A stretch of 64,000 nt of DNA from Pirellulales bacterium (GTDB taxonomy: Bacteria > Planctomycetota > Planctomycetia > Pirellulales > UBA1268): assembly GCA_017853835.1 (NCBI GenBank), contig JAFMIU010000003.1, positions 41,072-105,071 of the forward strand, read 5' to 3'. Under the pieces are notes generated by a model that was not told the DNA's origin, did no database searches, and saw only the letters and a program-made list of their open reading frames with translations. Shown piece by piece: positions 1 through 11,201 of this stretch (positions are counted from its first letter, which is position 1; each line of letters starts with the position of its first letter). The position numbers and the translations under genes are program-made.

Positions 1-1
1 G

Positions 2-1939
2 CACGGCGTCGAGCGTCCGCCGCGGTGCGACGACCGCACCTTCATCCGCCGAGTGAGCCTCGATCTCGTCGGCCTCCTCCCCTCCCCTGAACGGGTCGAG
101 GCCTTCGTCGCAGACCGGGCCCCCGACAAACGGGCTCGCCTCGTGCGGGACCTGCTCGACGACGACGTCGCCTACGCCGATCACTGGCTCACGTTCTGGA
201 ACGATCTCCTCCGCAACGACTACACGGGCACCGGCTATATCACCGGAGGACGCCGCCAGATCACCACCTGGCTGCATCGCGCCCTGGCCGACAACACGCC
301 GTTCGACCGGTTTGTCCGTGAGCTCGTGTCACCCGATGAATCGTCACGCGGCTTCATCGACGGCATCGTCTGGAGAGGCACCGTGAATGCCAGCCAGACC
401 GTGCCGATCCAGTTTGCCCAGAACGTTGGCCAGACCTTTCTCGGCATCAACCTGAAGTGCGCGAGCTGCCATGACAGCTTCGTCGACCGCTGGACGCTCC
501 AGCAGACCTACGATCTCGCCGCGATCGTGTCGAATGAGACCCTGGAGCTTTCCCGCTGCGACAAGGCCACCGGAACGATGGCGACGCCCGCCTGGATCTT
601 CCCGGACCTCGGCCAGGTCGACGCCACCAAGCCTCCGGCCGAGCGGCTTGCCCAGCTCGCCGCCCTCATGACGAAGCCCGACAACGGCTGGCTTTCACGA
701 ACCCTCGCCAACCGACTCTGGCATCGGCTGATGGGTCGCGGCATCGTCCATCCTGTCGACAGCCTGCGCACGCAACCGTGGAGCGAGGAACTGCTCGACC
801 TGCTCGCCGGCGACCTGGTCGCCCACGGCTGGGACGTGCGACACCTCCTGGAAACGATCGCCACATCGGAGGCCTACGGCGCGGTGACACCCCCGGTTGC
901 GGAAACCCTGACCTCGACGGCGTTCGTGTTCCGTGGCCCGCTCCCCCGACGCATGACCGCCGAGCAGTTCATCGATGCCCTCTGGACGCTTGCCGGCACG
1001 GCCCCGACAAAGCCCGACGCCACGGTGGTTCGGTTCGACGCCCCCGAGGCGTCCGGCGAGTCCCGCCCGAACGCAGCGTGGATCTGGAACAATGCCGACG
1101 CGGAGTCGCCCCCAAAGGAGTCGCTCACGTTTCGAACCACGTTCCATCTGCCGCACCCGGCGGCCCACGCCGCCGTGGTGCTCGCCGCCGACAACTCCGC
1201 CACGCTCTTCCTGAACGGCAGGAAGCTGCTCGTCGCAGACGAGTGGGAGCATCCGGTGTCGGCCGTGGCCACGGCCGATCTCCGGGAGGGGGGCAACACC
1301 GTGATCGTCACCGCGGCCAACGGGGCCACCGGCGGCCCCGCCGCCCTTCGCGTGGAAATCCGCTGCCGCCTGACGGATGGCACGATGCGGTCGATCGCCA
1401 CCGATGGCTCCTGGGAGTGGACCGCGGCGCGACCAAACGCCAAGGGGGTATTCCCCAAGGAGAAGCAACCGCACGACTGGGCGCCGGCCTCCATGGCCGC
1501 GAACCAATCGATCTGGGCGGCAAGCGACGATCGCTTCGCGGCCGAGGTGCTCGCGGCCACGGCACCGGCGTCGCTCCCGATGGTGCGTGCCAGCCTCGTG
1601 AAGGCCACGCCGCTCATGGCCGCCCTGGGACGGCCCAATCGCGAACAGGTGGTCACAAGCCGTCCGACCGACCTCACGACGCTTGAGGCGATCCTCCTGG
1701 CCAATGACCAATCCCTCGCCGACCAGGTGGCCCTCGGTGGAAGCCGAATCCTGGGCGACCACGCCGGCGATCCCGACGGGATCATCCGGTCGATCACCGC
1801 CACGGCCCTTTGTCGGCCACCCACCCCCGAGGAAGTGTCGATTGCCCGGGAACTCCTCGGGCCCGACCCAACCGCCGAATCGGTCGCCGATCTCCTCTGG
1901 AGCGTGATCATGCTGCCCGAGTTCCAGCTCGTGCAATAA
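2..1939 (+). CDS. PSD1-type DUF1549/DUF1553 protein (5' end cut by window edge)
   Basis: The frame is open from nt 2 (HGVERPPRCDDRTFIRRVSLDLVGLLPSPERVEAF, a DUF1549 signature), so GTG 53 in the ORF track is internal. CXXCH motif CASCHDSFVDRW. DUF1553-like C-terminus (..LWSVIMLPEFQLVQ). A DUF1501 partner gene starts 19 nt downstream. Confidence 0.85.
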   Translation, partial: HGVERPPRCDDRTFIRRVSLDLVGLLPSPERVEAFVADRAPDKRARLVRDLLDDDVAYADHWLTFWNDLLRNDYTGTGYITGGRRQITTWLHRALADNTPFDRFVRELVSPDESSRGFIDGIVWRGTVNASQTVPIQFAQNVGQTFLGINLKCASCHDSFVDRWTLQQTYDLAAIVSNETLELSRCDKATGTMATPAWIFPDLGQVDATKPPAERLAQLAALMTKPDNGWLSRTLANRLWHRLMGRGIVHPVDSLRTQPWSEELLDLLAGDLVAHGWDVRHLLETIATSEAYGAVTPPVAETLTSTAFVFRGPLPRRMTAEQFIDALWTLAGTAPTKPDATVVRFDAPEASGESRPNAAWIWNNADAESPPKESLTFRTTFHLPHPAAHAAVVLAADNSATLFLNGRKLLVADEWEHPVSAVATADLREGGNTVIVTAANGATGGPAALRVEIRCRLTDGTMRSIATDGSWEWTAARPNAKGVFPKEKQPHDWAPASMAANQSIWAASDDRFAAEVLAATAPASLPMVRASLVKATPLMAALGRPNREQVVTSRPTDLTTLEAILLANDQSLADQVALGGSRILGDHAGDPDGIIRSITATALCRPPTPEEVSIARELLGPDPTAESVADLLWSVIMLPEFQLVQ

Positions 1940-1958
1940 TGCCCACGGAGCATCACCC

Positions 1959-3383
1959 ATGAAGACCCGCCGCGCGTTTCTCGAATGCCTCGCGACCGCC
2001 GCCGCCGCGACGCTTGCGCTGCCGGAGCCACGTGCCCGAGGCACGGAATCGGGCCACTCGATCGCCCACCCCGCGCCGCGGGCCGATGCGATGATCGTGC
2101 TCTGGATGGCCGGCGGCATGGCAGCTCCCGACACCTTCGACCCGAAGCGTTACAGGCCGTTCGAGCCCGGCCTCGCCGTCGCCGACGTCATCAGCACCTT
2201 TCCGGCCATTCCCACCGCGATCGATGGCGTGCAGATCTGCGAGGGACTGCCCGAGATCGCGAAGGTGCTCGATCGAGCCACTCTCATCCGGTCGCATGTG
2301 CAGCCGGATCTCGGCAGCATCCTCCACTCGCGGCATCAGTATCACTGGCACACCGGATACGTGCCGCCGCAGACGGTGGCCTGCCCGCACCTCGGCGCAT
2401 GGATGGCCCGCGTGCTTGGCCCCCGAAACCCGGTGATGCCCGCGTTTGTGAACATCGGCCAACGGCTCGAGGGCATCGGTGAGAGCGAGGAGATCAAGGC
2501 CTTCACGACCGCCGGGTTCTTCGGCAGTGCGTTTGGACCGATGAACCTTCCCTATCCGGAGCAGGCGGCGCTTGCCGTCCAGCCGCCCGGCGGCATGTCG
2601 GCCAAGCGGTTTGCGGATCGGTACGCGGCGATGCGGAGGCTGGCCTCGGCGGCACCGGCCCGTGAGCGTCTCAGCGACCATCACCAGGCGTCGATGCTCC
2701 AGAGCATCGACAACGCGCATCGGCTGCTGAACGCCAGGGAGCGCGAGGCGTTTGACATCACGCTCGAGCCCAAGGAGGTGCAGGAACGGTATGACACCGG
2801 TCGCTTTGGCCGTGGCTGCCTGCTCGCGCGACGGCTCGTCGAACAGGGTGCCCGCTACGTCGAGGTGACGACGGAATACGTGCCCTTCGTCCACTGGGAC
2901 ACCCACGAAAACGGCCACGAGCGGGTGGCGTCGCTCCACGCCGAGATCGATCGTCCGATCGCGGCGCTCATCCGCGATCTCGAGGAACGGGGCCTGCTCG
3001 ATCGCACGCTCGTGGTGATCGCCAGCGAGTTCAGCCGCGACATGATCGTCGAGGGTCAGCCAGGCTCCGACGCCAAGGATCAGGCGAGTTCACCCAAGGA
3101 CTTTCTGCAGGTGCCGGCGCACTACGGCCAGCATCGCCATTTCACGGGGGGATCGACGGTGGTGCTCTTTGGCGGGGGCATGAAGCGGGGCATGGTCTAC
3201 GGCAAAACGGCCGACGAGCGGCCGTGCATGGCGATTGAGAACCCCGTGACGATTCCCGATCTCCACGCCACGCTCTTCACGGCCATGGGAATGAGCCCGA
3301 AGACGGCATTCGACATCGAGGGGCGGCCGTTCTATGCCACCCTCGATGGCACCGGCCGGCCCGTGAGCGATCTCTTCGCCTGA
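1959..3383 (+). CDS. DUF1501 (sulfatase/alkaline-phosphatase-like) protein, Tat-exported
   Basis: Twin-arginine-type signal MKTRRAFLECLATAAAATLALP. DUF1501 blocks MIVLWMAGGMAAPDTFDPK, VVIASEFSRD and GGSTVVLFGGGMKRG. Canonical position directly after a PSD1 gene. Confidence 0.85.
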   Translation: MKTRRAFLECLATAAAATLALPEPRARGTESGHSIAHPAPRADAMIVLWMAGGMAAPDTFDPKRYRPFEPGLAVADVISTFPAIPTAIDGVQICEGLPEIAKVLDRATLIRSHVQPDLGSILHSRHQYHWHTGYVPPQTVACPHLGAWMARVLGPRNPVMPAFVNIGQRLEGIGESEEIKAFTTAGFFGSAFGPMNLPYPEQAALAVQPPGGMSAKRFADRYAAMRRLASAAPARERLSDHHQASMLQSIDNAHRLLNAREREAFDITLEPKEVQERYDTGRFGRGCLLARRLVEQGARYVEVTTEYVPFVHWDTHENGHERVASLHAEIDRPIAALIRDLEERGLLDRTLVVIASEFSRDMIVEGQPGSDAKDQASSPKDFLQVPAHYGQHRHFTGGSTVVLFGGGMKRGMVYGKTADERPCMAIENPVTIPDLHATLFTAMGMSPKTAFDIEGRPFYATLDGTGRPVSDLFA

Positions 3384-3530
3384 CGGTCGCGCCTCCCGTG
3401 AGTTGCGTCGTGGCCCGTGGCGACGTAGAGTCGATGGGTCGGTTTGAGACGACGCGAGCCGTTGCACGGTGGGCCTGAGACGGTCGACCTTCCGACCCCC
3501 GCCCCCCTTCCCTCCGCAGGCTCCCGGCCC

Positions 3531-5081
<1,551 letters not shown>

Positions 5082-5176
5082 ACGCACGGCGATCCCTGAT
5101 CGTGGTGACCACCATCGGTGATGCAGTGCGGTAAGATGCCGCCCGCCTTCCCCGTCCACCACCTCAGGAGACGACG

Positions 5177-6826
5177 ATGTCGCCGTCCGCCGGCCGCCGA
5201 TCCAGCCGTTCATCCCTGCCCGAATGGCAGGCTGTTGCCGACCATGCCCGGGCGACGAGCCACCTGACGCTCCGCGACCTTTTTGCGTCCGATCCCACCC
5301 GGGCCCAGCGGCTGGCCTTCGAGGCCTGCGGGCTTTTCGTGGATCACTCGAAGCAGCGGGTCACCGAGGGCACGTTTCCGCTGCTCGTGCGGCTGGCCGA
5401 GGCGTGCGGGCTTCGAGATCGGATCGACGCGATGTTCGCCGGGCACCGCATCAACACCACCGAAAACCGCGCCGTTCTGCACGTGGCGCTTCGCGCGCCG
5501 CGGAGCGAGCACGTGCTCGTTGACGGCGAGGACGTCGTGCCTGGGGTGCACGAGGTGCTCGCTCGGATGGCGGCCTTCTGCGATCGCGTGCGAGGAGGGG
5601 AGTGGCTTGGCCACACCGGCAAACGGATCCGCGCGATCGTCAACATCGGCATCGGCGGATCCGATCTCGGTCCGGTGATGGCCTTCACCGCGCTTCGGCA
5701 CTATGCCGATCGCGGCCTCACCTTCCGGTTCGTGTCGAACGTCGACGGCACCGACTTCGCCGAAGCCGTGCGCGACCTCGACCCCGCGGAAACGCTCTTC
5801 GTCGTCTCCTCCAAGACCTTCACCACCCAGGAGACGCTGGCCAACGCCCGGTCGGCCCGGGCCTGGACGCTGGCCGCGCTCCGTGACGAGGCGGCCATCG
5901 CCCGTCACTTCGTCGCCGTGTCGACCAATGCCGCGGAGGTGGCCGCCTTCGGGATCGACACCGACGCGATGTTTGGCTTCTGGGACTGGGTCGGCGGCCG
6001 CTATTCGATGGATTCGGCGATCGGCCTTTCCACCATGCTCGCCATCGGCCCCGAGCGGTTTCGCGAGCTACTCGATGGGTTCCATGCCATGGACGTGCAT
6101 TTCCGCACGGCCGACTTCGCGCAAAACCTTCCGGTGCTTCACGGGCTGCTCGCCGTGTGGAACAGCACGTTTCTCGGTGCCGCCACCATCGCGGTGCTGC
6201 CCTACGACCAATACCTCGCCCGGTTTCCCGCCTACCTCCAGCAGCTCACGATGGAGAGCAATGGAAAGCGGGTCACCCTCGATGGCACCGTGATCGACGA
6301 TTATGAAACCTGCCCGATCTACTGGGGTGAGCCGGGCACCAACGGCCAGCATTCCTTCTACCAGCTCATCCATCAGGGCACGCGAATCATTCCCTGCGAC
6401 TTCCTCGGATTCGTGCGGTCGCTCAACCCGCTCGGCCGTCATCACGACCTGTTGATGGCCAACTGCTTCGCCCAGGCCGAGGCGCTCGCCTTCGGCAAGA
6501 CGGCCGACGAGGTGAGGGCCGACGGCGCGGCCGAGTCGCTCGTCTCGCACAAGACGTTTCCCGGCAATCGCCCAAGCTCCACGATCCTCGCCGAGGTGCT
6601 CACGCCCCGGCTCCTGGGAAGCCTCGTGGCCCTCTACGAGCATGCCGTGTTCGTGCAGGGGGCGATCTGGGACGTCAATCCGTTTGACCAATGGGGCGTG
6701 GAACTCGGCAAGGTGCTCGCGAATCGGATCGTGCCGGAGCTGGAGGGCACCGACGAGCCATCGCTCGGGCATCACGACCCCTCGACCGCGTCTCTGATCC
6801 GTCGCTACCGCCACGGACGACGGTGA
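5177..6826 (+). CDS. pgi: glucose-6-phosphate isomerase
   Basis: Full-length PGI pattern: [31 protein letters not shown] and [23 protein letters not shown] sits 7 nt upstream of the ATG. Confidence 0.95.
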   Translation: MSPSAGRRSSRSSLPEWQAVADHARATSHLTLRDLFASDPTRAQRLAFEACGLFVDHSKQRVTEGTFPLLVRLAEACGLRDRIDAMFAGHRINTTENRAVLHVALRAPRSEHVLVDGEDVVPGVHEVLARMAAFCDRVRGGEWLGHTGKRIRAIVNIGIGGSDLGPVMAFTALRHYADRGLTFRFVSNVDGTDFAEAVRDLDPAETLFVVSSKTFTTQETLANARSARAWTLAALRDEAAIARHFVAVSTNAAEVAAFGIDTDAMFGFWDWVGGRYSMDSAIGLSTMLAIGPERFRELLDGFHAMDVHFRTADFAQNLPVLHGLLAVWNSTFLGAATIAVLPYDQYLARFPAYLQQLTMESNGKRVTLDGTVIDDYETCPIYWGEPGTNGQHSFYQLIHQGTRIIPCDFLGFVRSLNPLGRHHDLLMANCFAQAEALAFGKTADEVRADGAAESLVSHKTFPGNRPSSTILAEVLTPRLLGSLVALYEHAVFVQGAIWDVNPFDQWGVELGKVLANRIVPELEGTDEPSLGHHDPSTASLIRRYRHGRR

Positions 6827-6949
6827 GGCGTGTCACGCGGCGGCCCGTCGCCGCGCTGCAGAAAAGGGCACCACCCTGACAGCCTTCCGCTCGACGATTT
6901 TCAGGGACAGTGACACTCCGTGGAACTTCCTCCCGTTGAGAGACCGCCG

Positions 6950-8032
6950 TCACGCGAGGCGGCGGCCCTCGTCGTCGGCGGCAAAGAGATGCATCGCCCC
7001 CGCACGAACGCCGAGGGGGAGGCGGTCGCCCGGGGCGACACCCCGGTTGCCCGGCACCCGCACGATGGACGTCGCCCCGCCGATCGACACGTGCGCGAGC
7101 GTCTCGTGCCCCATCTGCTCGGCCACGGTGACCTCCGCCGTTGCAAACGCCGCCGCATCCTCATCGCCGCCCCCCACGACGAAATCCTCCGGACGGATGC
7201 CGAGCACGGCGTCGCCCGACGGCACCGTCGCCGCCACCCCATCGAGCGGAACCCGGGCCGCGCCCCCCGCCGCCACGAACCCGCCGTCGCGGATCGTGCC
7301 GTGGAAGAAGTTCATCGTCGGGCTGCCGATAAACGCCGCCACGAAGCGGTTGGCGGGCCGACGATAGATCGCCAGGGGGGCGTCGATCTGCTGGATCACG
7401 CCGTGGTTCATCAGCACGATCCGATCGCCGAGTGTCATCGCCTCCACCTGGTCGTGCGTCACGTAGATCACGGTGGTGCCGAGACGGCGGTGCAGCAGGG
7501 CAAGCTCCGCCCGCATCTGCACCCGGAGCTTGGCATCGAGGTTTGAGAGCGGCTCGTCGAAGAGAAAGACGGCCGGCTCACGCACGATCGCCCGTCCCAG
7601 CGCCACCCTTTGCCGCTGCCCGCCCGAGAGCTCCCGCGGCCGTCGGGCCAGCAGGGATTCGATCGACAGGGCGGCGGCGGCGGCCGAGACACGCCGCTCG
7701 ATCTCCGCCCGGGGAGTGTTTCGCATGCGAAGACCGAAGGCCATGTTGTCGCGCACGGACAGGTGCGGGTAGAGCGCGTAGTTCTGAAACACCATCGCGA
7801 TGTCGCGATCGCCCGGCGCGATGTCGTTCACCAGGCGATCGCCGATGCGGATCTCCCCCTCGCTCACCTCCTCGAGCCCGGCCACCATCCGCAAGCTGGT
7901 CGACTTACCGCAGCCCGACGGACCGACCAGCACGAGAAACTCGCCGTCGGCGATGTCGAGCGAGATCCCGCGAACGGCGTGAAAGCCCCCGGGGTACCGC
8001 TTGTGGAGCCCTCGGATCGAGACGGTGGCCAT
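6950..8032 (-). CDS. malK: sugar ABC transporter ATP-binding protein (MalK/MsmX type)
   Basis: Walker A GPSGCGKST, signature LSGGQRQRVALGRA, Walker B VFLFDEPLSNLD, and a C-terminal TOBE-like domain. Last gene of the MalE-F/MalG operon. Confidence 0.9.
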   Translation of the reverse strand: MATVSIRGLHKRYPGGFHAVRGISLDIADGEFLVLVGPSGCGKSTSLRMVAGLEEVSEGEIRIGDRLVNDIAPGDRDIAMVFQNYALYPHLSVRDNMAFGLRMRNTPRAEIERRVSAAAAALSIESLLARRPRELSGGQRQRVALGRAIVREPAVFLFDEPLSNLDAKLRVQMRAELALLHRRLGTTVIYVTHDQVEAMTLGDRIVLMNHGVIQQIDAPLAIYRRPANRFVAAFIGSPTMNFFHGTIRDGGFVAAGGAARVPLDGVAATVPSGDAVLGIRPEDFVVGGGDEDAAAFATAEVTVAEQMGHETLAHVSIGGATSIVRVPGNRGVAPGDRLPLGVRAGAMHLFAADDEGRRLA

Positions 8033-8041
8033 GCGAACTCC

Positions 8042-8872
8042 TCACTCCTTCACGGATCCGACGGTGAGCCCATTCACGAGAAAACGGCTCAGCGACAGAA
8101 AAACGGCCACGACGGGCAGGCTCACCAGAATCGATGCGGCCGCGTAGAGCCCCCACTGCGACGACAGGCTTGCCTGAAAGCCCTTGATCCCCAGGGGCAG
8201 CGTAAACATCTCCTCGCGCTGCATCACCTGGGCGGCAACGATGTATTCGCTCCAGGCGGTCATGAAGCTGAAGAGCGCGGTGATGACAAGCCCCGGCGTG
8301 GCGAGCGGCAGCACCACATACCAAAACGCCTGCCCGCGGGTGCAGCCGTCGATGCGGGCCGCCTCCTCGAGCGACGCCGGGATCGTGTCGTAGAAGCCCT
8401 TCATCTGCCACACGCAAAACGGCAGCGCCGTGGCCGTGTAAAAGATCATCAAGCCGAGCCACGTGTCGACGAGGCCCAGTCGCGCGATGAGCACATAGAG
8501 CGGCAGAAGGAGCATCGTCGCCGGAAACATCTGCGTGGTGAGGATGGCGAGCATCGTGGCCCGGCGCCCGATGAATCGAAACCGGCTGAAGGCATAGCCC
8601 GCGGTCGACGCCAGCGCAACCCCCGTGACCGTGACGGCGGCCGACACCGCCAGCGAGTTGCCGAGCCATCGGAGAAAGGGCTGCTCCGTGAAGAGGGCCG
8701 CATAGCTCGCGAGCGTCCAGTCGGCCGGGATGATGGCCAGGTCGGTCGAGCGGAGCCGATCTCCGGGACGCAATGAGATCGACACCACGTTCAGCACCGG
8801 GTAGATCGAGATCGCCACGAAGGCGAGGAGCACGGCATGCCGCAGGATCGTGATCCGGAGGGGCTCTCTCAT
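8042..8872 (-). CDS. malG: maltodextrin-type ABC transporter permease (MalG-like)
   Basis: The N-terminus MREPLRITILRHAVLLAFVAISIYP resembles MalG. EAA-loop region EEAARIDGCTRGQAFWYVVLPLATPG. GGAG about 10 nt before ATG 8872; the track start at 8920 is a GTG that would overlap the upstream gene. Confidence 0.85.
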   Translation of the reverse strand: MREPLRITILRHAVLLAFVAISIYPVLNVVSISLRPGDRLRSTDLAIIPADWTLASYAALFTEQPFLRWLGNSLAVSAAVTVTGVALASTAGYAFSRFRFIGRRATMLAILTTQMFPATMLLLPLYVLIARLGLVDTWLGLMIFYTATALPFCVWQMKGFYDTIPASLEEAARIDGCTRGQAFWYVVLPLATPGLVITALFSFMTAWSEYIVAAQVMQREEMFTLPLGIKGFQASLSSQWGLYAAASILVSLPVVAVFLSLSRFLVNGLTVGSVKE

Positions 8873-8906
8873 GACGGCTGGCTCCGCCCGAAGGGATGAC
8901 AACGGC

Positions 8907-11186
8907 TCATCGATAGACACTCTCCGTCGCCCGAGTCCGCTGCAGAAACACCATCGAAAACGCGAGCAGGATCAGAAACATCACCGTCGAGAGCGCCGCC
9001 CCGTAGCCGTAGCGGTAGAGGTTGAACACCGACTTGTAGACGTAGGACACGAGGATGTGAGTGGCGTCCTGGGGCTCGCCGCCGTTCGACACCAGCCAGA
9101 TCACGTTGAGATTGTTGAAGGTCCAGATCGCGCCGAGGGTGGCTGCCGGGAGCAGCACGGGCTTCAGCAGCGGAAGGGTGATGTGCCAGAACTGCTGCCA
9201 GCGGCTTGCGCGATCGATGCGAGCCGCCTCGTAGAGTTCCTCCGGGATGCCCTGCAGGCCACCGAGGGCGATCACCATCATGAATGGAAATCCGAGCCAC
9301 ACGTTCGTGATGATGCAGGCCTCGAAGGCCCTCAGCGGCTCGCCGAGCCAGTTCACCGCCGGGAGCCCGAGCCACTTCCCGAGGATCAGGTTCACAGCCC
9401 CATATTCGTAGTCGAACATCCCCCGCCAGGTGAGCGCGGTGATGTAGGCCGGCACCGCCCAGGGAATGATCAAAAGCAGCCGATAGATCGCCTTGCACCG
9501 CACCGGACCATGGAGGGCGACGGCCAGAATCACCCCGAGCGTCACGTGCAGGGCCACGTTGATCACGGTCCAGAGCACGGTTTTCAGAAACACGCCGGAG
9601 AGCCCCCAGAGCCGCCGATCGGCCAACACCTCCGCGTAGTTCTGCAGGCCCACCACACGCCAATCGCGAAACCGGCCGAGCGACATGTCGGAGAGCGACA
9701 GCACGAGGTTCCAGACGAACGGAAACACGATCACCGCGAAGATCACCAGCACCGCGGGAAACGCGAAGGCATAGGGGGTGGGATTTCGCCGGAGGTCGGT
9801 GGCGAGCGCCACAAACGAGCGCCATTGTCGCACGAGCAGCACGAAGAGCGCGAGACCGATCCCGGCCCCGAGCACCGGCACGAGCGGGCTCGGCTCGACG
9901 CGCTGGTGCATCGAGGCGATGAAGCCTTCGGTGTCGCGCTGCATCCGGGCCGCAGCCGCCGCGGGCTCGAGCGTGCCCCCGAGCACCGCCTGATAGGCCG
10001 GCTTCATCCCGTCCCACACCGCCCGGAGCTCCGCCGCCACCGGCATGAGCCGGCCGTTTTCGATCTGCTTCCGCGAGGCGGCCAGCGTCGGATCGCTCGC
10101 CACGAGCGGATCATCCCAGGCCGCCCGCCGTGCCGGCAGCATCCGGAGCCGCTGCAGGAGCCGACGCTGCACCTCGTCCGACGTCATGTACCTCACGAAG
10201 GCCATCGCCGCGTCGGCCTGGTCACCGGACGCGTTCGCGTTGAGCGAATAGCCCTTGGGGGCCACCATCGGCCTCATGGGCAAACCGGTCGCATCCACCG
10301 TGGGCAGCACGGCGACGGCGGCATCGATCGACGGGTTCGCGAGATAATCCGACCAGCTCCAGTCGCCATTGATGATCATCGCCGCGCGGCCAGTCTTGAA
10401 GAGGGAGTCGGCCAGTTCGTAGTCGCAGTTCGCGGGAGTCACCTGGTGCCTCTCGCGGAGGTCACGGATGAACCCGAGCGCGGCCGCCATCGCCGGCGTG
10501 TCGAGATCGGGCCTCGGTGGCTCCGACTCCGGCTCCTGAAACACCCACCCGCCGAATCCGGTCAGAAACGGGATGCCAAAGAACGGCTCGGTGTAGTTCC
10601 AGACCAGGCCGTAGCGGTCGGGGCGGCCATCACCGTCGCCATCGACCGTGTTGTCCCTCGCGATCCGCACAAGATCGTCGGTCGTGAGGGGTGGCGTCGT
10701 CACGAACCTGCGGTTGTAGACCAGGGCGAGGTGGTTGCCGAAGCGATCACCGATCTGCACCACCGCCCGGCGTCCGGACCCATCGGTCGCGGGAAGCGAC
10801 GTGATCGCCCCCTCGACGAACGCATCTCGCTCCTCCGCGGAGATCCACGGGGCGAGATCCTGGATGATGCCCATCGTGTGGAAGGTGCCGAGCACGTCGG
10901 ACGGACCGTAGACCAGTTCGGGCCCGGCTCCCGCCAGCACGGCAGCCTGAAAGCCCGCCCGCAGCTCCTCGGTTTCCTTGTAGAGCGGCCGAACGCGAAC
11001 ACCGGGGTGGTCCGCCTCGAACCGCTCGATCTCGGCAACGAGAAAATCACGCTCCGTGGGCCGCGATTGATGCCAGATCGTGACGGTGGTGCGGGTGTCG
11101 CGGCTCCCGCAGCCGGCAAGCCCGAGCACCGCCGTCGCCACGACCAGGCTCGCGAGTCCGAATCGGCGGCGTGGATCACAACTCAT
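8907..11186 (-). CDS. fusion protein: lipoprotein-type maltodextrin-binding domain (MalE-like) + MalF-like ABC permease
   Basis: N-terminal lipobox LGLAGCGS. MalE-like blocks (AMIINGDWSWSDY; MPVAAELRAVWDGMKPAYQAV). A linker TM (LVPVLGAGIGLALFVLLV, near nt 9885) is followed by permease TMs (FPAVLVIFAVIVFPFVWNLVLSLSD .. EAARIDRASRWQQFWHITLPLLKP). One uninterrupted 759-codon frame. Confidence 0.8.
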   Translation of the reverse strand: MSCDPRRRFGLASLVVATAVLGLAGCGSRDTRTTVTIWHQSRPTERDFLVAEIERFEADHPGVRVRPLYKETEELRAGFQAAVLAGAGPELVYGPSDVLGTFHTMGIIQDLAPWISAEERDAFVEGAITSLPATDGSGRRAVVQIGDRFGNHLALVYNRRFVTTPPLTTDDLVRIARDNTVDGDGDGRPDRYGLVWNYTEPFFGIPFLTGFGGWVFQEPESEPPRPDLDTPAMAAALGFIRDLRERHQVTPANCDYELADSLFKTGRAAMIINGDWSWSDYLANPSIDAAVAVLPTVDATGLPMRPMVAPKGYSLNANASGDQADAAMAFVRYMTSDEVQRRLLQRLRMLPARRAAWDDPLVASDPTLAASRKQIENGRLMPVAAELRAVWDGMKPAYQAVLGGTLEPAAAAARMQRDTEGFIASMHQRVEPSPLVPVLGAGIGLALFVLLVRQWRSFVALATDLRRNPTPYAFAFPAVLVIFAVIVFPFVWNLVLSLSDMSLGRFRDWRVVGLQNYAEVLADRRLWGLSGVFLKTVLWTVINVALHVTLGVILAVALHGPVRCKAIYRLLLIIPWAVPAYITALTWRGMFDYEYGAVNLILGKWLGLPAVNWLGEPLRAFEACIITNVWLGFPFMMVIALGGLQGIPEELYEAARIDRASRWQQFWHITLPLLKPVLLPAATLGAIWTFNNLNVIWLVSNGGEPQDATHILVSYVYKSVFNLYRYGYGAALSTVMFLILLAFSMVFLQRTRATESVYR

Positions 11187-11201
11187 GACGGCGGCAGCTG
11201 A

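Noticed and set aside
695-2134. 479-aa ORF antisense to the PSD1 gene. Similar very long antisense or off-frame ORFs occur at 3567-5213, 8850-11201, 13137-14360, 26502-28511, 36915-39521, 54721-56409 and 60077-62446.
   Set aside because: Each lies opposite or out of frame to a gene with clear family motifs. Their products are Arg/Gly/Pro/His/Asp-rich with no recognisable domains. Stop-free antisense frames of this kind are expected at about 67% G+C.
6836-6855. A 7-bp GC hairpin (CGCGGCG-N6-CGCCGCG) between the convergent pgi and malK, considered as a bidirectional terminator.
   Set aside because: No U-tract follows the stem on either strand, so it is not reported as a terminator. It could still be a transcript-stabilising structure.
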